DNA of 64,000 nt from Methanomassiliicoccaceae archaeon (lineage in GTDB: Archaea; Thermoplasmatota; Thermoplasmata; Methanomassiliicoccales; Methanomassiliicoccaceae), in assembly GCA_963728405.1 (NCBI GenBank), contig CAVSJV010000017.1:352001-416000 (forward strand), read 5' to 3'. Numbering within the stretch: position 1 is the stretch's first letter; every line of letters begins with the position of its first letter. Below are positions 19,692-29,193 of this stretch, piece after piece. The notes under the pieces were generated by a model. That model did no database searches, was not told the origin of the DNA, and worked only from the letters and a program-made list of their open reading frames with translations. The position numbers and the translations under genes are program-made.

Positions 19692-20795
19692 ATGAAGTCG
19701 TTCCTCAGTGACGCCATATCCCGCGCAGGTGCTCAGGGCGGAGATCTCGGTCCAACCTACAGTGAGTACTCCTCGGCCGATCAGGAGCTCATCAAGATAC
19801 TCGAGAGCCTTAAGACCAACATCAAGATCATCGGCTGCGGCGGAGGGGGCACGAACACCATCGACCGGCTCTCCGAGGTCGGGATCGTGGGCGCTGACAT
19901 CTACGCAGCGAACACCGACGCGCAGCACTTGCTAGCGATCAGAGCCCCCCATAAGATTCTACTAGGCAGGCGTTCCACCCGCGGACTTGGTGCTGGAGCC
20001 CTACCCCAGATCGGAGAGGAAGCAGCCAAGGAGGCCGAAGAGGACCTGAGGAAGATCCTCACCGGCGCGGATATTGTCTTCGTCACCGCCGGCATGGGCG
20101 GCGGGACCGGAACGGGCTCCGCCCCGTACGTGGCCAAGATCGCCAAGGACATGGGCGCGCTCACCATCGCCATCGTCACCTATCCATTCAAGGCCGAGGG
20201 AGCCATCCGCTCCGAGAACGCCGAGTGGGGCCTGGAGCGGCTGAGGCAGTCGGCCGATACGGTCATCGTAGTACCGAACGACAAGCTCTTGGAGCTGTGC
20301 CCGCGGCTGGCCCTCAACGCGGCCTTCAAGGTCGCCGACGAGGTCCTGGTCCGCGCAATTAAAGGGATCACCGAACTAATCACCAAGCCCGGGCTGGTGA
20401 ACCTCGACTTCAACGACCTGAAGACCATCATGAAGGGCGCCGGGGTCGCCATGATCGGCCTTGGCGAAGGCGATGACGACGACCGCATCGAGCACGCCAT
20501 CAACGAGGCGACCAACTCCCCGCTCATCGACGTGGACATCTCCGGCGCGACCGGAGCGCTTGTGAACGTCACCGGCGGCGAGAACATGTCTATCTCCGAG
20601 GCAGAGAAGGTCGCCGAGATCGTCCAAGCTAAGATCTCTCCCAACGCTCGCATCATATGGGGTGCCGGAGTGGACCCGGCCCTCATGGACACCGTCAGGG
20701 TCATGGTAGTGATCACCGGTGTGAAATCGAAGAACATCATCGGGCCACGCGAGGAGCGGGCCTCGAAAATCGTCGACGTCGACTTTATTAAGTAG
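19692..20795 (+). CDS. ftsZ: Cell division protein FtsZ1, copy b
   Basis: Same motifs as copy a; precedes secE-spt5 as is typical for archaeal ftsZ1. Confidence 0.96.
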   Translation: MKSFLSDAISRAGAQGGDLGPTYSEYSSADQELIKILESLKTNIKIIGCGGGGTNTIDRLSEVGIVGADIYAANTDAQHLLAIRAPHKILLGRRSTRGLGAGALPQIGEEAAKEAEEDLRKILTGADIVFVTAGMGGGTGTGSAPYVAKIAKDMGALTIAIVTYPFKAEGAIRSENAEWGLERLRQSADTVIVVPNDKLLELCPRLALNAAFKVADEVLVRAIKGITELITKPGLVNLDFNDLKTIMKGAGVAMIGLGEGDDDDRIEHAINEATNSPLIDVDISGATGALVNVTGGENMSISEAEKVAEIVQAKISPNARIIWGAGVDPALMDTVRVMVVITGVKSKNIIGPREERASKIVDVDFIK

Positions 20796-20841
20796 ATGTC
20801 TCTAACCTAACGCGCACAGCACTACTAAAGGACGTATTCAA

Positions 20842-21066
20842 ATGGATGTAGTGGAGAAGTCCTGGGAAGTCCAAAAGGACGTCGAGGAACGGGTCAGAAA
20901 GATTGGTAAAGGCAAATATGGTCGAATCATCAAGATGGCCCGCAAGCCCACCAACGATGAGTACATCAAAGTGGTCCAGATCACCGGTCTGGGACTGGCG
21001 CTCATCGGCGGATTGGGATTCCTGATATACTGGCTGATGACCTATTTACCCCAGTATTTCAGCTGA
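20842..21066 (+). CDS. secE: Preprotein translocase SecE/Sec61-gamma
   Basis: YGRIIKMARKPTNDEY followed by a TM helix with GGLGFLIY. Confidence 0.93.
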   Translation: MDVVEKSWEVQKDVEERVRKIGKGKYGRIIKMARKPTNDEYIKVVQITGLGLALIGGLGFLIYWLMTYLPQYFS

Positions 21067-21092
21067 TATAAACACGTTCAGGATTGATTAAA

Positions 21093-21968
21093 ATGAAAGA
21101 AGATTATCAGGCCGCCGCTCCCTCACCTGGAGGGGCCGGTATGCTATCGTTCACAGGCAAGGGTGGCGAAGCTAGTGTCCCCGCTTCCGGCATGACCAGC
21201 TGGAGCTTTCAGGTCAAGAGCAAGGAATCCAACAAGAAGAAGGTCCGTATGAAGGTGGCCGTCGAGCTCACCCCGGAGGACGCTGCTGAGTGGTCCATCC
21301 GTCTGCACGACGCGACCAACAGCTCCCTCTACGACAATCACAGCTCCCAGTCCACTCCGGAGTTCGACTTCTTCCTGGAGGGTTCCAAGCCCAAGGAGCT
21401 CCGGTTAGAGGCTCACGCCCCGATCGGATCGGCCTACAAGGACAGGGTCGTCATAAAGTTGGACGCTTGCTTGGTGGAATCCCCATCGGATTGCGACCAT
21501 TTGGAGTTCGCCGTCGAAGCAAGGCAATCCATTCTTGCGCTCAAGACCTCCATCGGACATGAGAAGGATGTGGCCGACGGCATCGGTTCCCGCGTCAAGG
21601 CCGGTAGGTCGGACATCTCCGCCATACTCGCGCCTACCAACCTCCGCGGCTATGTGCTCATCGAGGGCATGAACACCGATCGTATGAGGGACGCGGTGAA
21701 GGGCGTCAGAAAGGCCCACAGCTTCGTCGACGGTGAGATGAACTTCGCGGAGATCGATCACTACCTCGCCCCCAAGCCCCTAGTCTCGGGGATCATGGAA
21801 GGTGACGTGGTCGAGCTGGTGGCCGGACCGTTCAAGGGCGAGAAGGCCAGGGTCCAGAACATCGACGAGGCCAAGGAGGAGATCACCGTGGAGCTGTTCG
21901 AAGCGATGGTCCCCATCCCGGTGACGGTCAGAGGAGATCACGTAAGGGTTCTAGAGAAAGAAAGGTGA
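21093..21968 (+). CDS. spt5: Transcription elongation factor Spt5 with extra N-terminal domain
   Basis: NGN domain (LKTSIGHE...LRGYVLIE) and KOW domain (GDVVELVAGPFKGEKARV) in the C-terminal half. Confidence 0.93.
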   Translation: MKEDYQAAAPSPGGAGMLSFTGKGGEASVPASGMTSWSFQVKSKESNKKKVRMKVAVELTPEDAAEWSIRLHDATNSSLYDNHSSQSTPEFDFFLEGSKPKELRLEAHAPIGSAYKDRVVIKLDACLVESPSDCDHLEFAVEARQSILALKTSIGHEKDVADGIGSRVKAGRSDISAILAPTNLRGYVLIEGMNTDRMRDAVKGVRKAHSFVDGEMNFAEIDHYLAPKPLVSGIMEGDVVELVAGPFKGEKARVQNIDEAKEEITVELFEAMVPIPVTVRGDHVRVLEKER

Positions 21969-21974
21969 AGCTAT

Positions 21975-22454
21975 ATGGCAGATACTATAGAGGTTTTAGT
22001 TGAAGGTGGCAGGGCCACCCCCGGTCAGCCCCTCGGCCCGGCCCTGGGCCCCCTGGGTGTGAACATCCCGAAAGTAGTCGCCGAGATCAACAACAAGACG
22101 AGGGCCTTCGACGGTATGAAGGTCCCGGTCAAGATCATCATCGACCCCAAGACCAAGAACTTCGAGGTCAAGGTCGGGACTCCCCCCACCTCCTCGCTCA
22201 TCTCTAAGGAGCTGGGCGTAGAGAAGGGTAGCGGTTCCCCCAAGGCCGTCAAGGTCGGCAACCTGACCATCGCCCAGGCCATCAAGATCGCTCAGATGAA
22301 GGGCGACTCGCTGATGGGCAAGGATCTGAAGATGAGGGTCCTGGAGGTCGTGGGAACCTGCACTTCGATGGGGGTCACCATCGAGGGACTGGATTCCAAG
22401 GTGGCCCGTACCGAGATACTGGCCGGCAAGTTCGACCAGCAGCTCGCCCTGTAG
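21975..22454 (+). CDS. rpl11: 50S ribosomal protein L11
   Basis: GGRATPGQPLGPALGPLG and VGTCTSMGV motifs. Confidence 0.97.
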   Translation: MADTIEVLVEGGRATPGQPLGPALGPLGVNIPKVVAEINNKTRAFDGMKVPVKIIIDPKTKNFEVKVGTPPTSSLISKELGVEKGSGSPKAVKVGNLTIAQAIKIAQMKGDSLMGKDLKMRVLEVVGTCTSMGVTIEGLDSKVARTEILAGKFDQQLAL

Positions 22455-22512
22455 GGCGAGCTGATTCCTTTCCACAAAGTTTAAAAAGGATAGCTTGTTA
22501 AAGGAACCCGCA

Positions 22513-22547
22513 CTGTAGGAGAGCTTTATTGCTCAATTGCACTACAG
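22513..22547 (+). promoter_or_regulatory. Putative L1 autoregulatory leader hairpin
   Basis: CTGTAG-GA-GAGC/GCTC-AATTGCA-CTACAG with an asymmetric internal loop abutting the RBS; TTTAAAA box near 22480. Confidence 0.55.
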
Positions 22548-22559
22548 GAGGAATGTTAT

Positions 22560-23199
22560 TTGGTAGAGAAAACAACCCTAGCGGCCGTCAAAAAGGCACT
22601 TGAATCCTCCCCAAAGAGGAACTTCAAGGAGACCGTTGATCTGGCCATAAACCTCAGGGATGTGGACCTGTCTGTTCCCAAGAACAGGATACAGGAAGAC
22701 GTTGTTCTGCCACACGGAAGGGGTAAGGCGCTTAGGGTCTGCGTCATTGGTGGCGCTGAACTTGCCGCGAAGGCAAGGGGCGTAGCCGATGTTGTCATCA
22801 CTCCCGATGAGCTCGGGAAGATCGCTGACGATAAGAAGCAGGCCAAGAAGGTGGCCTCTCAGGTCGATTATTTCATCGCCGAGGCCCCCTTGATGCCCCT
22901 GATCGGTAAGCGCTTAGGTATCGTCCTCGCGCCGAGAGGCAAGATGCCAAAGCCCATACCGCCAGGAGCCGACCCCAAGCCCTTGATCGAGAACCTGCGC
23001 AAGAGCGTGTCGGTCCGTACTAAGGACCGCAAGACCTTCCAGGCTCCAGTGGGCACCGTGGAGATGAGCCCCGAGCAGATTGCAGAGAACTGTCGATGCC
23101 ATTCTTAAGAGGGTAATCGGCAAATTAGAGAAAGGCAAAATGAACATTGACTCGGCCTATGTTAAAACGACCATGGGTCCGTCGGAGAGATTGATTTAG
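22560..23199 (+). CDS. rpl1: 50S ribosomal protein L1; +1 frameshift near 23091
   Basis: KRNFKETVDLAINL and LAPRGKMPKP motifs; corrected C-terminus ...YVKTTMGPSERLI. Confidence 0.96.
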
Positions 23200-23210
23200 G
23201 AGGCTTCGAG

Positions 23211-24203
23211 ATGGCACATGTAGCGTCTTGGAAGAAAGATAAGGTCAAGGAACTCACCGACGTTATGCTCAAGAACCAGGTCGTAGCCATCGTCGATGTC
23301 CACGGTATCCCCTCCCCGCAGATGCAGAACATGCGTCTCGGCATGAGGAAGAACGCCGCGGTGATGATGACCAGGAACAACCTCGTCCTCATTGCACTCG
23401 ATGAAGCGGCCAAAGAGAGGCCTGGTCTGGAGAAGCTGAAGCCGTTGGTCGGGGGACAGTGCGCCATCATCGCCACCCCCATGAACCCGTTCAAGCTGTT
23501 CCAGCACATGGAGGCCACCAAGTCCGCGGCTCCCGCCAAGGCGGGGGACGTGGCACCGGAGGACATCATCGTCAAAGAGGGAGAGACCCCTTTCAAGCCC
23601 GGCCCCATCGTGGGTGAGCTACAAAAGGCCGGTATCCCCGCGGCCATTGAGGGCGGGAAGATCGTTATCCGCAAGGAGAAGGTCCTGGTTGAGAAGGGAC
23701 ACAGGGTGTCCGAAGAGCTCGCCAAGATCCTACCTAAGCTGGAGATCCTCCCCATGACCGTCGGTATGGACCTGAGGGCCGCGTTCGAGGACGGCATAAT
23801 CTATGAAAAGGCCGTGCTCAACATACCCGTAGGCTATTACCCGACAATGCTGGCCACCGCGGCCAGGAATGCCACCGCTCTAGGTGTGAGCATCGTATAC
23901 CCGACCAAGCAGACCATCGGTCCGCTCATGGGCAAGGCATACCGCGAGGCTCGCGCCGTCAGTGTCAAGGCGGCAATCCCCACCAAAGACACCATCAGTC
24001 TTCTCCTGGCAAAGGCGAACGCAGAAATGCTCGCCGTTGCCACCCACGTTCCAGGGCTGGAGGATGACCGATTGAAGCAGCAGCTGTCAAAGGCTGCCGC
24101 GCCTGCGCCTCAGGAGAAGAAGGCCGAAAAGAAAGAAGAAGAGAAGAAGGCAGAGGTCAGCGAAGAGGAAGCCGCTGCAGGCCTTAGCTCTCTATTCGAT
24201 TGA
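23211..24203 (+). CDS. rpl10: 50S ribosomal protein L10/P0
   Basis: VASWKKDKV, TPFKPGP motifs; acidic tail [13 protein letters not shown]. Confidence 0.96.
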   Translation: MAHVASWKKDKVKELTDVMLKNQVVAIVDVHGIPSPQMQNMRLGMRKNAAVMMTRNNLVLIALDEAAKERPGLEKLKPLVGGQCAIIATPMNPFKLFQHMEATKSAAPAKAGDVAPEDIIVKEGETPFKPGPIVGELQKAGIPAAIEGGKIVIRKEKVLVEKGHRVSEELAKILPKLEILPMTVGMDLRAAFEDGIIYEKAVLNIPVGYYPTMLATAARNATALGVSIVYPTKQTIGPLMGKAYREARAVSVKAAIPTKDTISLLLAKANAEMLAVATHVPGLEDDRLKQQLSKAAAPAPQEKKAEKKEEEKKAEVSEEEAAAGLSSLFD

Positions 24204-24226
24204 GATCAAATAACGGAGGAATGAAA

Positions 24227-24530
24227 ATGGAATACATATACAGCGCCTTGGTTCTTCACGCCGCTGGAAAGACCGTCAACGAGGATTCGATCGCGAACTG
24301 TCCTGAAGAGCGCCGGCGTTGAGCCGGATGCTGCCAGGGTAAAGGCCCTAACCGGCTCCCTTGAGGGTGTCAACATCGACGAGGCCATCGCCTCGGCCGC
24401 TGTTGCTGCCGCTCCGGCCGCAGCCGTCGCTGCCCCAGCCGAGCACAAGGAGAAGAAGAAGGAAGAAGAGAAGAAGCCGGAAGTCAGCGAAGAGGAAGCC
24501 GCCGCTGGTCTGTCCGCCCTGTTCGGTTGA
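24227..24530 (+). CDS. rpl12: 50S ribosomal stalk protein L12/P1; +1 frameshift near 24299
   Basis: [15 protein letters not shown]...[13 protein letters not shown] after correction. Confidence 0.94.
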
Positions 24531-24636
24531 ACATATAGTTGCAGCAGACCCTGGAAAAGGCATATCGCCTTGTTCCGCCGGTCTCTAACGGGCTCATGCC
24601 CCCTTTCAAATCCTTTTCCAGTTTTTTATCTTTACT

Positions 24637-24987
24637 TCACTCTATCTTGCTGACCATCGATGACAGCTCCCGCTCCAGAAGGCCGGCGATGTCCCGGTCG
24701 ATCCGCTGCTTTAGTTCAAGGGGGACCATAGCGACGGCGAGGTCCAGGCCGCACTTGCCGACCTTGACCATGGCGTAGGTCTCGCGGATCTTGGCCTCCA
24801 TGAGTTCGGCGATCGCCTCCTGGAGGTTCTTGCGCAGCTTGGGGTCATCTTCCAGTTTCTGCGTGATGAGCCGTTTGATCTCGTCCTTGATCAGATCCCG
24901 GGCAGCTTCGGCCACCAGGTCCTCCACCTTGATCGCGCTGAGGGGGTCCCGTAGCATCGAAGAAATGAACTCGTTTCCGTCGGCCAT
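24637..24987 (-). CDS. Hypothetical helical protein
   Basis: Fills the gap with host-like codon usage; no recognised motif. Confidence 0.65.
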   Translation of the reverse strand: MADGNEFISSMLRDPLSAIKVEDLVAEAARDLIKDEIKRLITQKLEDDPKLRKNLQEAIAELMEAKIRETYAMVKVGKCGLDLAVAMVPLELKQRIDRDIAGLLERELSSMVSKIE

Positions 24988-25128
24988 GAGTATCGATTGG
25001 TAGGCTGGCGATAACAAACCTTTCCTCGGCCGGACGGCGACCATTCGATGTTCTACCCCTGGGCCTAAGGGCCGTGTTCCATGCTGGCAAGAGGTTATAT
25101 GAGTGCAGGGGGATTAATCGAGGATAGC

Positions 25129-26082
25129 ATGCGGTTGTTAGAGTACTATCATCTCGCGGTGGAGGAGGCCGTAAAGGTCGATCCCCGGAGAGGAGCAGAG
25201 CTCGACCTGGCGCTTCAGCGCACCAGGAAGGCGTACGATAAGCTCGATGCGGTGGGGAAGGGGCGGTTCGACGCTGACAGCCTGTGGAACCCCTACGCCG
25301 ACAGCCGGGTCCTCTACGGCGATCTTGACGTCGTTGTCGAGAACGTCATGTGGGGGGTGGACATCTCCGCCGCCGAGGTACTCATCGCCGACCGGCTGAG
25401 AGAGAAGGGCAGGAGGATCGACGCGGTGTTCGGCCACCACCCTCGCGGACGGGCTCAGGCGTCGCTCTACAAGGTCATGCCCATACAGGAGGCGATGATG
25501 GAGTCGTGGGGCGTGCCGATCAACGCCGCCGAATGCATCCTCGGACCAAGGATGCACGAGGTCATGTGCTCGTCCCACTCCATGAACCACGGACAGGTCG
25601 TGGACGCCTGTAGGCTGCTGGACGTGCCGTTCATGTGCCTGCATCAGCCCTGCGATCTGCTGGGACAGGACTTCATGCAGCGGCACCTGGAGGCAGAAGC
25701 GCCGGACCGACTGGGTGACCTACTGGATGCGCTGGCCCAGATACCGGAGTACGGGCAGGCCACCTGTGAATGCAATCCCCCCGAGATCTATGTCGGTTCG
25801 AGGGACCGCCGGGTCGGGCGGGTGGCGGTCAAGTTCGCCGGGGGAACCGCGGCCCCGAGGGAGATGTACGAGCAACTGTCGCGTTCGGGCATTGGTACCG
25901 TGGTGTGCATGCATCTGCCGGAGAGCCACGTCGAGGAAGCAAGAAAGCACCACTTGAACGTGGTGGTGGCGAGCCACATGGCCTCCGACTCGCTGGGGAT
26001 CAACCTATTGGCCGACAAGTTTGAAGAGCTAGGACTCGGTATTATTCCCTGCTCGGGATACATCAGGGTGAAACGGAATTGA
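25129..26082 (+). CDS. NIF3-like dinuclear metal protein
   Basis: NPYADSRVL, GVD, HHP, HQPCD and SHMASDSLGINL motifs. Confidence 0.8.
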   Translation: MRLLEYYHLAVEEAVKVDPRRGAELDLALQRTRKAYDKLDAVGKGRFDADSLWNPYADSRVLYGDLDVVVENVMWGVDISAAEVLIADRLREKGRRIDAVFGHHPRGRAQASLYKVMPIQEAMMESWGVPINAAECILGPRMHEVMCSSHSMNHGQVVDACRLLDVPFMCLHQPCDLLGQDFMQRHLEAEAPDRLGDLLDALAQIPEYGQATCECNPPEIYVGSRDRRVGRVAVKFAGGTAAPREMYEQLSRSGIGTVVCMHLPESHVEEARKHHLNVVVASHMASDSLGINLLADKFEELGLGIIPCSGYIRVKRN

Positions 26083-27257
26083 CGACCCACCGTTACGGAA
26101 CATCGGCCAAGGTGCTCAAGGACCCGTCCAAGCTGTCGTTCGACTACGTGCCCGAGCGGCTGGTCCACCGAGAAAAACAGATGGACCGCCTGCGGATGAT
26201 CTTCCGGCCGGTGCTGGAGTCCGGCACCTCCCAGACGGCGCTGTTGATCGGCAACGTGGGGACGGGGAAGACCGCCACCAGCAAGCGCTTCTGTCTCGAC
26301 CTGGTCAAGGATGCCAGCGCCTCCGGCAAAGCGATGGACTTCGTAGTGGTGAACTGCCGTCAGAGGAACACCGAGTCCAGCGTGCTCCTTCGTCTGGTAA
26401 CGCATTTCGATGAGCGGTTCCCCGACCGAGGTTTCTCCACCGCCGAGATGCTGCGGGCGCTGCACAAGCACCTGGAGAAGAACAAGGTGCACCTCATCGT
26501 GGTACTGGACGAAGCGGACGTTCTGTTGCGCAAGGGCGCCGGCGATCTCATCTACCATCTGTCGCGGTTCGACGAGGAGAAGGTCGGCGGCAAGGCCTCG
26601 ATGTCCCTCATCCTCATCTCCCAGAAGTACCTGCTGGACATGCTGGACCCCGCGTCCCTGTCGACGTTCCGACGGGCCAACGCCATCACCTTCGACAAGT
26701 ACTCCGCGGCCGAGCTGCGGGACATCATCGGCGACCGCGTCCCGCTGGCCTTTTACCCCGCAACGGTCCCTCAGGAAACGATCGACCTGATCGCCGATGT
26801 CTCCGCCGAGTGGGGCGATGCTCGCTTCGCCATCGAGATCCTGGAAAAGTCGGGGATGCTGGCCGAAGAAGAGGGCGGCTCCACGGTCACGCCGGAGAAC
26901 GTCCGCACCGCCAAGGCCTTCACCTATAGCGTCGTGACGGAAAGTAAGGTCGAGCGGCTGGACGTGCAGAGGAAGCTCGTGCTGCTGGCGGTAGCGAGGG
27001 CGCTCAAGGAGCATGCCTATGTGAACACCGGGGACGTGGAGAAGGCATACCGGATCGCCGCCGAGGAGTTCGGGGAAAAGCCCCGGGGCCATACGCAGTT
27101 CTGGGCCTACCTGCAGCAGGTGGCGAACGAAGGACTAGTGGAAACGAAGGTCACTGGTGATCCTTCCGGAGGGAGGACCACCTCTATCTCCATCCCGGAC
27201 ATCCCGGTAAAAGTGCTCAAGGACCAGTTGGAGACAATGCTGGCGAACAAAGGCTGA
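26079..27257 (+). CDS. cdc6: Orc1/Cdc6 replication initiation protein
   Basis: DYVPERLVHRE, GNVGTGKT, VLDEAD and GDARFAI motifs; winged-helix C-terminus. Confidence 0.95.
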   Translation: MTTHRYGTSAKVLKDPSKLSFDYVPERLVHREKQMDRLRMIFRPVLESGTSQTALLIGNVGTGKTATSKRFCLDLVKDASASGKAMDFVVVNCRQRNTESSVLLRLVTHFDERFPDRGFSTAEMLRALHKHLEKNKVHLIVVLDEADVLLRKGAGDLIYHLSRFDEEKVGGKASMSLILISQKYLLDMLDPASLSTFRRANAITFDKYSAAELRDIIGDRVPLAFYPATVPQETIDLIADVSAEWGDARFAIEILEKSGMLAEEEGGSTVTPENVRTAKAFTYSVVTESKVERLDVQRKLVLLAVARALKEHAYVNTGDVEKAYRIAAEEFGEKPRGHTQFWAYLQQVANEGLVETKVTGDPSGGRTTSISIPDIPVKVLKDQLETMLANKG

Positions 27258-27428
27258 TACGCAACGAACGAGCACGATGTTTCCTTTCTTGCAGTTCCAC
27301 CGATCGTAAGCCCTAACGAGGCTGGAACGGGATGGGGCCAAGAGCCGGGTCCAGGACATGACCCTCGTTCCGCCTGAGGCCTTTCGAGTGGCTTTATTAG
27401 ACCTTGACCGTTATCGATTAATGTTCAT

Positions 27429-27761
27429 ATGCCAAGAAACTGCTGTTGCCGGAGAAGATGTGGTCCCGGACGGCCCATGAAACCAAGGAACATCACCGAA
27501 CCCCCGGTGGCCACTCGGTTCGGTCCCTTGGACACGGAGCAGATGGCCGGCCCCCTGATAATGACCACCGATGAGCTGGAGGCGTTGCGGCTGGTCGACT
27601 ACGAGGGGCTGATGCAGGAGGCGGCGGCCGTCCGCATGGGCGTGTCAAGGGGAACGGTATGGCGATGCCTGACCAGTGCCCGCTCGAAGCTGGCCATCAT
27701 GCTGGTCGAGGCCAGGGGGCTCACCATCACCGACGAGGCATTGGACCAGGAAACCCTGTGA
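27429..27761 (+). CDS. DUF134 HTH DNA-binding protein
   Basis: DELEALRLVDYEGLMQEAAAVRMGVSRGTVWR. Confidence 0.9.
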   Translation: MPRNCCCRRRCGPGRPMKPRNITEPPVATRFGPLDTEQMAGPLIMTTDELEALRLVDYEGLMQEAAAVRMGVSRGTVWRCLTSARSKLAIMLVEARGLTITDEALDQETL

Positions 27762-27813
27762 TCGACCCCATTACTGTATTTTTCATCACGAACCGGCAAA
27801 CCATTAATACATT

Positions 27814-27827
27814 TGTGCATATGCACA
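27814..27827. promoter_or_regulatory. Palindromic operator TGTGCATATGCACA (variants at 27422-27435 and 30448-30461)
   Basis: Perfect 14-bp palindrome next to a TATA-like box; near copies at the two other promoters of the cluster. Confidence 0.7.
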
Positions 27828-27949
27828 TTATATGATATCCAGTGGGCGGGGAGCGCCGGGAACGCGGTCCTGGATCAACCCATCAGATGGGGCGTTCGAA
27901 AAAGGAGCTGCGGCCCCAGAGAGCAATATTGATCGGTCGGAAGGCGGAA

Positions 27950-28276
27950 ATGATGAAAATCGCGATAACCAGTAACAGGGAAGGATCGGACCAGCCAGTG
28001 GAAGAACGGTTCGGACGGTGCGCTGTCTTTGCCATATATGACACCGATCTGGGGACGCTAAGCTTCGTCCCAAACCAGGCGAAGGATGCCAATAGTGGGG
28101 CGGGGGTGAAGGCGGCCCAGCAGCTGATGGACCTGGGCGTGGAGCTACTGGTCACCGGAAAAGTTGGCCCGGGAGCGCTAGAGATACTGAACGAGGGCGA
28201 GATCCAGGTGGAGTCCTGGACATCGGGCACCGTGGGCGAAGCGGTCCAAAAGTTCGGTGGAAAGGGGACCCAGTGA
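27950..28276 (+). CDS. NifB/NifX family (dinitrogenase FeMo-cofactor-like) protein
   Basis: MKIAI, RFGRC..F.IYD, GAGVKAAQ and TGKVGPGA motifs. Confidence 0.88.
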   Translation: MMKIAITSNREGSDQPVEERFGRCAVFAIYDTDLGTLSFVPNQAKDANSGAGVKAAQQLMDLGVELLVTGKVGPGALEILNEGEIQVESWTSGTVGEAVQKFGGKGTQ

Positions 28277-28287
28277 TCCCCATTTTC

Positions 28288-29193
28288 TTACTCGATGCGT
28301 ATGGGCCCTTGGCCCGGCAGGTTTTCCAGCAATACCACGATCTTTTCCCATATCGATCTCAAGGCCACCGCCGCCGGTGCATTTGGTGAGTGGACGGGCA
28401 GAGGCAGGCCGTTGATGATGGCCTCGGCGACGTTCTCATCATAGGGCACGGTGCCCAGCACCCTTGTCCCGGCCTTTTCGCACGCGCCAATGAGCTCCTC
28501 GGTGAATGCGGTGTTCAGGTCGGACTTGTTGACGATGACCGCGCACGGAATACCGAAGTGGGCGGCCAGATCGACCACCCGGCCCAGATCGTGCCAGCCC
28601 GAGGCGGTCGGTTCGGTGACGATGACCACCAGGTCCGTGCCGGTGATGCTGGATATGACCGGACAGCCGGTGCCGGGGGGACCGTCGATCAGCAATAGTT
28701 CGCTGTGCTCGAGCCTGGCCTCTTCCTGGGCCAGCGCCCTTACCTTGGCCGCCAGTTTGCCGGAGTTAGGCTCTCCAGGCAACATCTCTGCGTCCACCAC
28801 CGTCCCGTAGGGGGTGTCCCGGACGAAGATATCGCCTGAGACCGCCTCACTGAGGTCGATCGCCCCCGAGGGGCAGACCAGCTGGCAGACCCCACACCCC
28901 TCACAGGCCATCTGATCCACCCGCAGATCGCTTATCGCCAGGAAGTGGCAATGCTCCTCGCATTTTCCGCACTGGGTACACTTGAGAGGGTCGATCTCGG
29001 CCTTGAGGGAGCCCATAAATGGGCGGGATGACCGGACCTTGCCCCGAAGCACCAGGGAGAGGTTGGAGGCATCGACGTCGCAATCGGCGATGACCGGCCT
29101 GGTGGCGAAACAGGCCAGGCTGGCCGCCACCGAGGTCTTGCCGGTGCCTCCCTTGCCGCTCAGCACCGCGACCTGCCTGAGGGGACCGTTCAT
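28288..29193 (-). CDS. MinD-superfamily P-loop ATPase with inserted 2x[4Fe-4S] ferredoxin (COG1149-like)
   Basis: SGKGGTGKT, DCDVD, two CxxCxxCxxxC motifs, DGPPGTGCP. Confidence 0.9.
   Translation of the reverse strand: MNGPLRQVAVLSGKGGTGKTSVAASLACFATRPVIADCDVDASNLSLVLRGKVRSSRPFMGSLKAEIDPLKCTQCGKCEEHCHFLAISDLRVDQMACEGCGVCQLVCPSGAIDLSEAVSGDIFVRDTPYGTVVDAEMLPGEPNSGKLAAKVRALAQEEARLEHSELLLIDGPPGTGCPVISSITGTDLVVIVTEPTASGWHDLGRVVDLAAHFGIPCAVIVNKSDLNTAFTEELIGACEKAGTRVLGTVPYDENVAEAIINGLPLPVHSPNAPAAVALRSIWEKIVVLLENLPGQGPIRIE

Noticed and set aside
24150-24530. Similar sequence at the ends of rpl10 and rpl12
   Set aside because: Known shared C-terminal stalk motif of P0 and P1.
27258-27420. Replication origin next to cdc6
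   Set aside because: No convincing ORB repeats or AT-rich unwinding element on either side.
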